64,000 bases of DNA from Paecilomyces variotii (lineage: Eukaryota), in assembly GCA_004022145.1 (NCBI GenBank), contig RCNU01000012.1; one strand, given 5' to 3'. Positions 1 to 11,919 of this stretch are shown one piece after another. A program made the translations under genes and the position numbers. Position 1 is the stretch's first letter. Every line of letters starts with the position of its first letter. Below the pieces are notes generated by a model. That model worked only from the letters and a program-made list of their open reading frames with translations, ran no database searches and was not told the DNA's origin.

Positions 1-2000
1 GATCCACTGGAGACGGACTTCTCTAGCGGTCTAGAATCTAGTGACGAACGGGCCTGGGCTTCGGCTTGTCTATTTTGTTCAGCAATGGCGGAGACGGCAG
101 CTTCCACATTCCGCTCGAATTCCTCATCGCTAACAGTCAAGCTCGTGCGATCGAGAGTCTCGATAAACTGGATGGCTCCAGACTGCACATGATTAGCGTG
201 TTTGTTCAGCCGTACTGAACAGTGTTGCGACGTACTAGTGAAGATAGGTAGTAACCAGCTTCTCCGCCGAGCTTTTCCTGGTTACGGAATCGAAGAATAT
301 ATTGAACGTTGGAGACCAGATGCTCGGGATTTGCCTGTAGAACTACGTAGATCAACATCGGCATGAACGAGTCTGCTGAAGTATCGGCACTCTTTGAGTT
401 TCGCAATAGGCCTGCCATCAATCCAATGAGTCAAGTGCCAGGACAGAATCAAGCGTGTGCGTTCTCACCAAAGATGACCTTGCAGCAATTCAAAATGCAA
501 ATAACCTTGTCACGGGGTGCCCGATACCCTTTGATCTTTAACAACTCTGTAAATAATGTCAGAAGAGTCACCGGCCAAGCAAATAGAGAGAGTCTTCTAA
601 CCTTGCTGCGCCAGATTCAAAAAGCGACGACCGTGTGGACCGACCGGCGATATGTCTAGATGCTCCTCTCTTATCCAACTGTAAATTCGAATCTTCTGTG
701 CCAGAATCTCATCACGCTCAACATCCTCCTGATGTTGGCCGCGTCTTCCCGGGCCTAGTAACTTCTCTATATCCTTGCGCTTGCCTTTGCTGGAGTTCCT
801 CGTAGGAGTAGGAGGCGGTGGTATCGCCGGTGAGAATGTCTGCGAATATAATCTGTTCATCACCAGCTTCTCCATGCCTTCCTTAGCATTATCGAATTCT
901 GCGTCAGACACGTTCCTCCACACTTCACACTGAGCCATCTTGTTGGTGATGAAAGCCAGAAAATCGCTAATTATCTTGACTTGCTCGTGGACCATCCACT
1001 GCTTCTTCCCGAATTCATTGAGGAAGGAACGGAGAAACTTGGCTACCGGATCTGCAGTGCGGTGACGCAGTTGGTCCAAGAAACGATGAAAGTCGAAAGG
1101 CTGATCAGGCTCAGCCGGCGGGGGTGGCCCTATGGAGGTCGCAGAGAGTGGTGTCATCGGTGGTGCTTCTGGCATAGGCCCCTTGTGCGGTGATGGTTTC
1201 GGGGGCACGACGGGGGCAGAAAATGTCTGAATACTAGGAGGTCGCTTGGGCTGCTGAGCATTGTCGCCGCCTTTGGGATGCTCCAGACTAGACCCTCGGG
1301 GAGGAAACTGTCTGGGAGCACCGAGAAACTGTTCCGCCAACTCAAGTCGGGGGGACATGACTTCCTCCGTTCGCACTCCAGATTCATCCCCAAATTGGTC
1401 CATTATACTTTGTATCTCCGACTGCGAATCGTCACCCTTCCCGGCTCCGGGTTCAGCCTCCTGTTTGTCATCCATGCCACTATCCTTAGGCACGTCCGGT
1501 AACTCCTTCTCGGCGTAGTCAGAAAGCTTCCCCGGGGATATTGGCGATTGCGGAATCATTGGTGTTTTGGGGGTAGGGTCGAGATACGGCTGGTCCTTTT
1601 CGGGCGGTGGAGGAGGGCGCGCATCCAGGGAACTGTCGATACGCAGCGGTCCCGGCCTCTTCTCGGAGACAGAGAGCTCATCGACTTGTCTCGCAAGTGC
1701 TTCCGCCTGGACATTTGATGTCTCGACGGTTGTGGTAGAGGCAGTCACAACGGCGGGACCATGAGCGTACTGTTGCGGCGTACTTTTCGAAATAGTCGTC
1801 GTCTCCGCAGCTTGTCCAACGCTGGAGTCATCCTGCGGCGGCGGCGGCGGCGCCTCATCCTGGGATTCCTTCAACGACTCTCGAGACTCCGCGGGGACTG
1901 TTGTTTCTTCACGCATATTTCCCTCATGTTGTTGTGTTTCTGTATCGTTCGCTTTCTCCTCAGGAACCGAGGAAGACGTGGGGATGTCTGGGGCAGACAT
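1..2000 (-). CDS. vps9: Vps9-domain Rab5/Vps21 guanine nucleotide exchange factor, 3' end runs off the window. Exons 2000-602, 546-469, 411-236, 182-<1
   Basis: Spliced product contains FDFHRFLDQLR...EGMEKLVMNRLY, RAPRDKVICILNCCK, SADSFMPMLIYVVLQANP and GEAGYYLSSLSGAIQFIE, which are VPS9 domain motifs. Three GT-AG introns with branch points restore the frame. Confidence 0.95.
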
Positions 2001-2356
2001 ATGCAAGTACGGGCAACGGACGTAACGCAGAGCTCAGTTTAAGCAGGATTATTCAGGGAAAACAAGATGACATTCTGAGATGACAATGCAGAGATCCGGC
2101 TCTATTGGGGAAATAACAGAAGCAAAGAGACGGGAGGGTATCAGCTGTGAATGAGCTCTTGAGGTCTACTGAAGCTCGATCTAAAGCGGGCGCTCCTGAG
2201 GCCAACCGCAGGATCATCGTTCGCCCGAGATCCGTCCCCAGAGTCCCGTGGGGCAATCAACTTCTTCTTCTTTTCCAGGTCGCGCCTCGGCTTCGAATTA
2301 ATTACACAACGAGCCTTGACGTGGAATATTTCCTGTGCTGGGAACTAGATGCTGAG

Positions 2357-4245
2357 ATGTGTGGTATCTTTTTCTCTCTGAGCACATCAGGCCCTGTTCT
2401 TCCCGCAGAGGAGACAGCTACTTTATTGCGAAACAGAGGACCGGACAGCTTTCAGACTCATACTATCCAGCTGGGAATCGCCCCTGGTCAAGACAGCGTC
2501 GAAAAGCTTTCTCTTACTTTTATTTCCACTGTTCTGGCTCTGAGGGGTGACCATGTTCATGCCCAGCCTCTGGTTGATGACGCTAGCAAGTCCGTGCTTT
2601 GCTGGAACGGAGAAGCATGGAAAATCTCCGATGACCCCGTTCAGGGAAATGACACTGAGCTCATATTCTCCCTTTTCCTTGACTGTGTGAAGGTGAACGG
2701 GGATGTGGCATCTCCGCCGGACTCACTTGGCAGAATCTGTAACCTTGTCAACAGTATCTCAGGGCCGTTCTCCTTCGTGTTTTACGATGGGATTAATTCG
2801 AGAATTTATTACAGCAGGGACTGTTTAGGAAGACGATCTCTGCTCCAAGGCGTCGATGAGGAGGGAAACTTGAGGATCTGTAGCATCTGTGATGGAACCT
2901 CCTCTACGCATTTCGAGGAAGTTGACACTAACGGACTGCACATGATTGACCTTGCGCGTACATTCCGCGATGACTCGCTGGATACAGCTGTCCTCAACCA
3001 CGCTGGCCGTGCATCTGCTTTCAATATCACTACTATACCTTGGCTGTCCAAAGACGACGCCACTACCCCTACTTATTTCCTTGTATGCCCTTGGAGGTCT
3101 AGACCGCGAGAATATCATGCTGACTACAGTTGCAGAAGAATCCCATCCCCTCTATGAATCGAGAAGTACCTGCAGGAACACCTCCTACACTCGATCTTGG
3201 TTCCCCTGCTGTTGAAACCCTCAGACAGAAGCTCTGGCGATCGCTTGAACTAAGGATTCGAAATGTTCCAGAACCCCCGCACTACTCTGCAGCACAGAAT
3301 TCGAAAGTCGCCGTTCTCTTCTCTGGTGGTCTTGACTGCACAGTACTAGCCCGGTTAGCTCACGAAATCCTTCCGGCAGACGAATCCGTCGATCTTCTCA
3401 ATGTTGCCTTCGAAAACCCTCGCGTTGCAGCGGCGGCCGCGAAGTCTCAGACAAAATCCAATGAATCCGTATATGAACGTTGCCCGGACCGCATTACCGG
3501 CCGTGCAGCACACGCGGAGTTGCAGAGCGTGTGTCCAGGTCGCACCTGGCGGTTTGTTGCCATAGACGTGCCATACAGCGAGACATCGGAACATAGAGAG
3601 CGCGTGAAGCGCCTCATGAGGCCACACAATACGGAGATGGATCTGTCAATTGCGTGCGCGCTGTATTTTGCTTCCCGCGGCCAGGGTACCATTGCCCAAG
3701 TGACTGGAGAAACGACGCAAGCTGTCCCTTATACTACTTCAGCCAGAGTTCTCATCTCAGGCTTGGGAGCTGATGAGCTCTTCGCCGGGTATGGCCGGCA
3801 CGGGGTGGCATTTTCTCGCGACGGCTTCGCAGGTCTCATTGATGAGATCGACCTTGACGTCGGGCGTCTCGGGAAGAGAAATCTTGGACGCGACGATCGG
3901 GTCATCTCGCACTGGGGCCGTGAAGCCAGATTCCCCTATCTTGACGAAGACTTTGTCGCTTGGGCCGTGCAGGCTCCTGTGTGGGAAAAGTGCGGGTTCG
4001 GAACGTCTACTTTTGCTTCCGACGTAAAGGCTAGCGAGACTCCTGATCCAGACTCGTCAGCCAATTCCAACACTAACGGAACGGATATCGACGACATTGA
4101 AGCTCAAAAAAGGGTTCTTCGTCTGCTGGCTCTGCGACTGGGTATGAAGAACGTGGCACGCGAGAAAAAGCGGGCCATTCAGTTCGGGGCGCGTACTGCA
4201 AAAATGGAAAGTGGCAAGAGCAAAGGTACTCATATCCTGACCTGA
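2357..4245 (+). CDS. Asparagine synthetase domain-containing protein (ASNSD1/YML096W-like). Exons 2357-3082, 3136-4245
   Basis: N-terminal MCGIF (Ntn glutaminase Cys2), WNGE, SRDCLGRRSL, LFSGGLDC, SGLGADELFAGY and REKKRAIQFGAR. Phase-0 intron GTATGC...gctgac...TGCAG. Confidence 0.92.
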
Positions 4246-5072
4246 TTTGGCAATCTACCATTCCTCCATTTTCCTATGTCGAGTGACCCTAGTTATTTCT
4301 TGGGAGCATCCTTCGTCCGTGGTCCGTCATCAGTCGTCCCTCGGTGCCGTCTCATACATACATATCCTTGGGCTCTGCACAGCAGTCCCAACTTTCGCCA
4401 GCGATGATGACAGAACATAGGAATCAGATACTTCTGAAGCCACCTTTCCTCCATTTCACTTTCATCACATGCCCATTCTCCTCCGTCGGTTGCGTTCCCA
4501 CGATCAGTTTCGCCGCAATGACCGCACTCACTTTTATGCCTTCCGACATGCACTTGGTTTTAAACACGCGAATGAGCCGGATGACCTTTTCCCCATTCGT
4601 GCCCCGCATGGGGGGAGTTCTACTCAGAAGGCATAAAGTACGCGTTGAGAGTGGCGTTCGGTTGAAACTGGTCCGCTGGGCTGCAACCGAGGGTGGAAAT
4701 TAGGGAACATGTTGAGTGAGATGTGTAGCGCAAAGGACCGGCTCGTGAAGGTTAAAAAGGCAAGTCTGAGCTGTGCGTGTAGTCTATACCCTGCTATTAG
4801 CATGTATATATACGTATATACACCAACGAATACATAGATACTAGAGTTACAACAGACAAATAGTCTATCCGCACTTACCCTACCTTCGTAGCACTTTACC
4901 CAAAGCAATAAGGATAGATATTATCACTACTACTACTACACGAGCAGAAACAAGAAAAGCCAATTCCATAAGCGAATTCTCAAGTTCTTATCATATCATA
5001 ATCATATCATATCCAAAAAAATCTCTTCAAGCTAACTAACCAACCTCCATAACAAACCAAAAAGTAAGTCAA

Positions 5073-5094
5073 CCCCCCCCCCCCCCCCCCCCCC
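5073..5094 (+). repeat. Poly-C tract (22 nt)
   Basis: Homopolymer read directly. Confidence 0.9.
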
Positions 5095-6245
5095 GAAAAA
5101 TCAGAACTAAATCCAATCCGAATCCAAATTCTCCATAAAAAGTCCAAGCCTGAACTGAACATATAACATAACATTATCCCCCCTCCACGCCAAAGCATAC
5201 AGCATATAGATAGCATAGCATAGATAAAAATAATTAACTAGTTACGAATCGCATAAACAGTACAGTATCACCATCAACACTCAATCAGATTCCTCATCAC
5301 GAAGGTCCAGCCATCGTAAGGACAGCGAATGGAACGGGTAAGATTGAGAATTGAGTCGAAAAGAGATAAGGAGAATAGTTAGAGAATAGGATGCTGTTCG
5401 TTCCAGATAGAAGAGTGGCAGAGCCTGGGATTATCCAAAATCGGGTGTAGGGTATCGAACTAGTTTCATTGTTAGATAGAGACTGGGCAAGCCAGATGAA
5501 ATCAAGACTCGAGCTTACAAGTCTGAAAAGAAAGCTGGATTACTCGCTCGCGCGCCGGTGAACGATCTCATAATGAAGGCAGCACGAATTCGACACTGCT
5601 TCGGCACTTAGGACATGGAAAGGATACGCGGGAGAAGTTAAAAGAGGATAAGGAGTAGATTTCAATACAAGCTATCGGAGAAAGTCTTGAGTCGCATAAT
5701 AGTAGCATTTGAAAGAATAGAGGAGATTCGAGATCCCGACGGTATGCTAGGACTCGACCTGAACAACTATAGAACAGAACAAAACAATCTAGCCACGAGT
5801 CGATCCCGTCGCCACAAGGGCGGACCAGGAGACGTCAGAACCGGCCATTGCGTAGATCAAAGAGAAAAAAGTAGATAAGATGGGTGGTTTGATCACACCC
5901 AAACAAAGCGTGCATCTATTGTAGTATGCAGCGTAACAGGAAGATAATAGGTTCACACAGAACTGACAATCATCAATAAGCGCACATTTGAACCATATGA
6001 AAAGCACTTTTTGATCCCGTCAAGAGCGTCATAGTCAAGGCGTCCGACCTCCGGAGGCCGACTGGTACTCGAGACATCTGGGGTCTGACAGGAATTGGGG
6101 GGGCTCTACCCCCACCACCACACATACCCTTTTTTTGGACACAATTTGATCCGACGATATAGCACAACAGAATCAGACGACGCAAAGAACAGAAGAAGAA
6201 ACCGAGTGATGAGTGGAATCAAACAAGTCATGAAAGACCACGGCT

Positions 6246-7036
6246 TTACTGCGCGGCCTGTGCGAGAGCCTTCCAGTACTCCTCGCGCTGGTGTGCCTCC
6301 TCGAGGCTCTTCTCGAGCTCGGCAATACGACGCTCCATCTCCTCCTGTCGCTCGAGCTTGCGGGCTCGGGACTTACGGGCCGCTTCGGTGTTTCGAGCGC
6401 GCTTGACCGCAACAGGATCATTGGTATCGTATTTGAGCGCAGGCAACGGCTTCTCACGCTTACGGATACCCGCAGTCGTCGAGTGCTTCGTTGACGGAGT
6501 CCTGGGAGCGGGGGACTGGCCGGGAGAGGACGACTTGCGGATCATGGGCTCCGCGGGAGGAGCAGGCTTGGAGGGCAGCGCGACGGGGATGCTGAGCTCG
6601 TCAAGAGCAGCAAACCCGTCGTTGGAGGGGAAGAGCGACTCCCACTCCTCGTGGCCGGGGGCCAGTTCTGGGTCGGCCGGGAACATGGGCGAGGTGTCGT
6701 GGCTGAAGTAACCCGGCGACTCGAAGGAGGGGGTGCTCATGTCTGTGAAGGAGGTGGAAGGCGGGGCCGAGGCATCCATCATGAGATCCTTGGGCGACAC
6801 GGTGCCGGTGGGCTGGCATCCGAGGGGGTCGTTGCCCACCACGAAGCCGCCGTTGATGAATTGCTGAGGGGAGAACATAGTGGACTCTGGGCCAGACTCG
6901 AACTCGGTGCCAAAGGTGTTTGTAGAGAGATCGAAGAGCTCTGGCAGATCTGAAGATGCAGTCAGTATTAATTGAGTCAGGAGTGGAGGGTGAAGCAGGG
7001 ACGGTATTCACCTTGCGCGATGTTGGATGCGGACAT
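6246..7036 (-). CDS. cpcA: Cross-pathway control bZIP transcription factor CpcA (Gcn4/CPC-1 orthologue). Exons 7036-7012, 6949-6246
   Basis: [14 protein letters not shown] start, TVSPKDL and [16 protein letters not shown] motifs, and b[19 protein letters not shown] followed by a leucine zipper. Intron GTGAAT...ctgac...TTCAG. Confidence 0.95.
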
Positions 7037-7355
7037 GACTCGACGATGCTGGGATTGCGGTTTCTGATTGGACGAAGGATTCCGTGTGCTATAGAACAGA
7101 GGGACGGGAGGGCGAGTGGGCTGTGGTGAATTCGAAGGCACTGAAGCGGCGTAGAAGCGCCTATGCAAAGGGTGCTTTCGGCTGGATGGACTGAACCGAT
7201 AAGAATTGGACGTGGTGAACCCGGGAGACTGTGTGATCAACCTGGACACTCGAGGGACCTGGACCGGCGAGCCAGACAAGGGCTGCTGCTGCTGGTGTAG
7301 ATTCAGGGAGAGTCGCCGCGAAGAGGGGACCAGGGGAACGTTGAAGGGTGACGCC

Positions 7356-7541
7356 TTAAGGGCAGTATTCGACGGTGCTGGAGCACGCGCGTCCGAGAGT
7401 CTGGCTGGCGGACGAGAGGCGGGCACTGGCGGGTAGAGCACGAAGTCCTCGGGCAATCTGTTGTTGTTGTTGTTGCTGCTGTTGTTGCTGTTCGAATTCG
7501 GATGCGCCTGAGGCTGCGGAGGCGGGGGCGTGGGGAGCCAT
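7356..7541 (-). promoter_or_regulatory. cpcA uORF2 (61 codons, poly-Gln tract)
   Basis: AUG at 7541 out of frame with cpcA, ending 320 nt before the main AUG. Matches the inhibitory uORF2 arrangement of cpc-1/cpcA. Confidence 0.85.
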
Positions 7542-7760
7542 GTTTGCAAAGAGTTATCCGTGGTGAACGACTGAAAGTCGAACGGAATGGTGCTGGTCGA
7601 GAGCGAACTTGAGCTACGCGGAGCGATGCTGAAGTTCAGAGATCCTGGGACAGGAGACTCTGAAGGGGTTGTTGTAGGGAGAAGAGATTCAAACGTAGTC
7701 CGTGGAGGGGCTATGGTGTCTGTCTCAGGGAGATAGACGAGGGAGTCTGCGCGAGCGAGT

Positions 7761-7772
7761 CTAGGCCGCCAT
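7761..7772 (-). promoter_or_regulatory. cpcA uORF1 (ATG GCG GCC TAG, Met-Ala-Ala-stop)
   Basis: Short AUG-initiated ORF in the cpcA leader, at the position expected for the reinitiation-permissive uORF1 of cpc-1/cpcA. Confidence 0.85.
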
Positions 7773-8108
7773 GATGGAGAAGCAGTCAAATGTTCGTTCT
7801 GGGATAGATAATCTGTGGTCAAAGTGATGGTTGGTGATGAGAAAGAAAGAAAGAAGAGAAAAAAGAGGAACCCAGGCAGCGACGGGGGGATCAGGCAGTC
7901 TTATGGGGGACCGTTCGTCCTGGGCGGGTCAACTTGCCCGCTGTGTGCGCCCCGAAGCGAGCTGCCCGGCCTCGCAGCCAGTCAGCGTCGCCCGTCGCCG
8001 GTGTGTCTGGGGCCTCTGGGCGCAGCCAGTCAGGGCCCGTGCCCTGGGCGGGGCTTCCCGGAAGCGGCATAGTCGCCTGTCGACGGTCAGCCCCGCCCGC
8101 TGCAGGTG

Positions 8109-8115
8109 TGACTCA
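8109..8115. promoter_or_regulatory. Gcn4/CpcA recognition element (TGACTCA) in the cpcA promoter, with a CCAAT box at 8135-8139 (minus strand)
   Basis: Perfect TGACTCA about 250 bp upstream of the pyrimidine-rich likely TSS region (7841-7870). cpcA autoregulation through such elements is known in Aspergillus nidulans. Confidence 0.6.
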
Positions 8116-8180
8116 CGGCCCCCCCGGGGCTCTGATTGGCTGACAGCCAACCTCCCTGCTGCACCCGCGTGCCAGGCGTA

Positions 8181-8229
8181 CTTGTGAGATACCTGTGAGA
8201 TACTTGACAGATACTTATGAGAGACTTGT
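8181..8229 (+). repeat. 11-bp tandem repeat, about 4.5 copies (CTTGTGAGATA consensus)
   Basis: cttgtgagata cctgtgagata cttgacagata cttatgagaga cttgt. Confidence 0.85.
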
Positions 8230-11200
8230 CTCTGCTGCAGACTGCCCGCGTATATCCAGGTACTCACGAGGTATCCGTCTGACTGCTGGACCGCTCTATC
8301 CGCCTCGACGCGGGAGCATAAGCATCACCTGGAATCACACAGCCGGTCGAGCCGTTCAGCTTCTTCTAACTTCTCGTATCCAACCGCCCGCACCACCGGC
8401 TGCGGGTCCGAAACTCCCCGCGGTCTGGTTCTTGTAGTAATTAATACTTGTACTGCTTACGGCAAGAGTAGCGCGTCTCTAGTCTTCGAGATTCAATCAT
8501 CATAAATCAATCACCTTCGCAATCCTGCATCTCACAGCCTCCACGGATGCGCAGGTAAGTGGCATAGTCCAACGGTCACCATCTGGCAGGTCGTCGAGTA
8601 CATCATCGTCAGCCTGCCGTTGCTGCTCAGCCATTCTCATTCCCGTCAGAAACCACTACCATACCTACAATTCCAACTATCGATCCACATCCGCCTCGTG
8701 TCGACGCCGACAGAAGTCAATTCTCGATCCATGCGGGATCCTTGCCCGATTCGCTCCCCGCCATCCTGTTTGTGAGGTCCTGTGCTCCCTTTTCCTCTTC
8801 CACACTGGTCTTGTCCCAGGGCGTGACTTTTTTTTTTTTCTCTTCTCTCAAAAAATTTGAGACATTCCGATTCCTCTTTGGGTCTCCGCTCGTTCATCCT
8901 TGGCTTGGACCCCCGGGTGCAAGGGGTAGATCCAGTCAGCAGAGATCGCGCGTACGCATGACCATGGTTATCATCAAGCCATCTCTGCCGTCGTCTTGGC
9001 CTGGTGACGATTAGTCGGGATCTGGGGGTACTAAGAAATAATAATTAATTATCTAGGTATGCCACAAAAAAAAAAGACTGGTATAATAATGATATTTTCT
9101 CCGGAATTGTTTCTTCCTCCCCGTTGGCCCCCACGGCTGAGATGAAACACTCAGCGCTGATTGGCCAATTGTGGAGTTATCGATTCATCAGGTGACAGTG
9201 TGGGATGTAGCTTACATGTAATTGAGTCTATTGTCCCTGAACAATGGACAGATCTACTCATTTATCCTGCTCACTCGAGCAAATTCTTGAACATATCACG
9301 CGCAGCCATTCTAACATACCTTCCCTCTACATATCTCGCCTTACCTGCAAGACGGAATAGAATATCGTATTATCTCATCCACCCAATACGCAATACAAAG
9401 GCGAAGTAGATAAATCCTCAACAAGTTAAGAAATATCTAAATCTAAACCCCAGTTCAAATCTAACTATCATCACTGTCTACCCCAAACTGCAATAACTAC
9501 CTAATGAGTAATTCTTTTTCTTATCAGCTCATGTATACCATACTCTATACTACCTCGATTCTCGATTCTCGATTCGTTTCCCTTTGTATGCATACAGTAA
9601 CTACCTACCTACCTACCTACCTAATTACCATACTTCTATTTATCCTGGTCAAATACGTAACTTTAGAAGCGGTGACGTGTGTGTACCATAATCACAGTCA
9701 CACTCGAATAACTAACTTGCTGCCTGGAGATCTAGACCAGGTCTGCGGATAGATATACTTAACTAGATCAGTCGGTTTAGGCGGGCTGATTGGGTTTGAT
9801 TGTGCGTTCTTATCAGTAATCCGATATGATATAACTAGGTAGGTAGATAGTTCGCTTTTGCAGTATTGTAGCGGAGGTGAGAAAGGAGGCTGTATCTAGG
9901 GAAAAGAATCCTTGTCAGGTACTATGCTGCAGCTGGAGTATAGTAGTATGTATGTATGTACATACATTATACAGACCTTCAAGAAGAAATAAACCATCGC
10001 CAGCCATCAACGCAGTCACTTTCGACTTCTGAATCTCATCCACAAACGGCCTTGGTGTAAATCACCTGGATTCGAAAGTATCTCCCCTGTGAGAAGTCAA
10101 GACATACGCACTCTCACAAAAGTCGCCATCATACCTATCCCAGTTACTCCGTACACACGACAGCTCTTAAACGAACGACCCATGTATGTACGAATAATTC
10201 TTCACCTAAACAACTTCCCATCAGAAAAAATAATTCTCCATAATTCTCAACCCCCCGACCATTCCGTACCCATCATCGCGGAATCTATCCTGCTTCTTCT
10301 GATTCTTAATATCCGCTTTAGGAATCCTCGATAATTAATGCCCTGCAGGCGCGTGCAATCCATCGTTATCTCGTAAGGGGAAAAAAAAATCTATAAACCT
10401 GCGTCGATGTATCGTTATCACTCTGGTGGAAAACTATCCTCGTCTCCAGGACAAATCGTATAGTGAGTCTATATATACTCGAAGCTAGGCGCTGCGTTTC
10501 GCTTTTCCCTTCCATGTTTATTATTTCGCTAGGATCGTCTCGTCTCCTGCGCTTTTCCCTCTGAGTCTATTTCTTTTTTCTCTCGGATATAGTTTTTTTA
10601 TAGACGATGATGATGATAATAATAATAATACAGTCATGCTATAAAAAAATAAATAAATAAAAAAAAAAGAGTCTAAAATCCCTCGTTGAGGTTTCTTTCT
10701 CGCGTGGATATATATGTCTATATACAGTTAACCCCACCCTACCCCAAACATAGTTAACTAAGTAGTTACTAGTAGTACTATATACTCTATTTATTCTATC
10801 TATCTAGACTTCAATTAACTCGTACCCATGCGATCTCCAACAACAAACCCCCGACTTTTCATCCGAGACTACATCTATCTATCTATCTGACAAACTAACT
10901 AGTTCGCGTTTTAGAAGGATCAACTTAGTTTAATTATGGGGTTCATTATCAAAAGTGGAATATGTATTAATTACGAGCCAAAAGCCCTTCGCCTACATAG
11001 AAGTTATGCGTTATGTGAGAACCGTGTGACCATAGCAGCATAGCTGGAACTTTCGACTATGTATATCCGTAATTATCTGACTTATGAGCAATTGCTAGGT
11101 TGGGATCACTATTAATGTTGCGTGCGGTGCGGAAGATACGTGTGTAAGATATGGCTCAGCAGTACAGAGTATACGTGCATGTCGCGGCTAAATTTAATGC

Positions 11201-11919
11201 ATGTTGGAAGTCCTGTCTCGATCTTCAGGTGTACATACAAATACGCTTAAATCTACCGATTATCACTCATAGATAACTCAATGGTATTTCCTTATTAGGT
11301 ATTAGGTACGAGGCTGTGCTGCATACATGGGTCGTGGTGACGACCGGTATCGTCTTCCATCATACTCGAAAGAATGGTAGACATGCAACACCGAACACAC
11401 CCTCAACGGGTATCAAGATAAGCGCAGCCAAACAATAGGAAATCGAAAACGCAACAAGTGGTATCAATCTAGTCGGGTCGCGCACAACGTGAACACACGG
11501 TTCGGGTATCGTTGCGGAGTCAGACATAAAGAGCGAGAGCAGCCACACAAGCCACCACACACGTTAACGAAAGACGACTTGTCGCTGTTTTTTTGATAAA
11601 GAGAAAGGAGATAATATGGGTATCGTTGACATCCGCCACCTGGCACGTCCTTCAATGGCACATTATCAAGGTACAGCGCGAGAGAACACCAAAAAAAGAA
11701 CGGGAGCGGTAGATTATTAAAAAAGCGAGTTTGAAGAATTGGAGGGGGTGGGGTTTTCCATCTGAAATCCTGCAGAGAACGATTTTTGCTTTTTTTTTTG
11801 TATGAAGATTCTCATGGAGCGACGTCAGTCATCAGGGCTGTAGAGATGCCAGAACGAGACGTATACCGCTGGTCCCACCACTTCTCAAACTCGACGACGC
11901 TCGTCCTGGTGGGAACCCT

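Noticed and set aside
4293-4908. Short ORFs between the asparagine-synthetase-like gene and cpcA
   Set aside because: Stops interrupt every frame, and I found no recognisable motif or consistent splice model.
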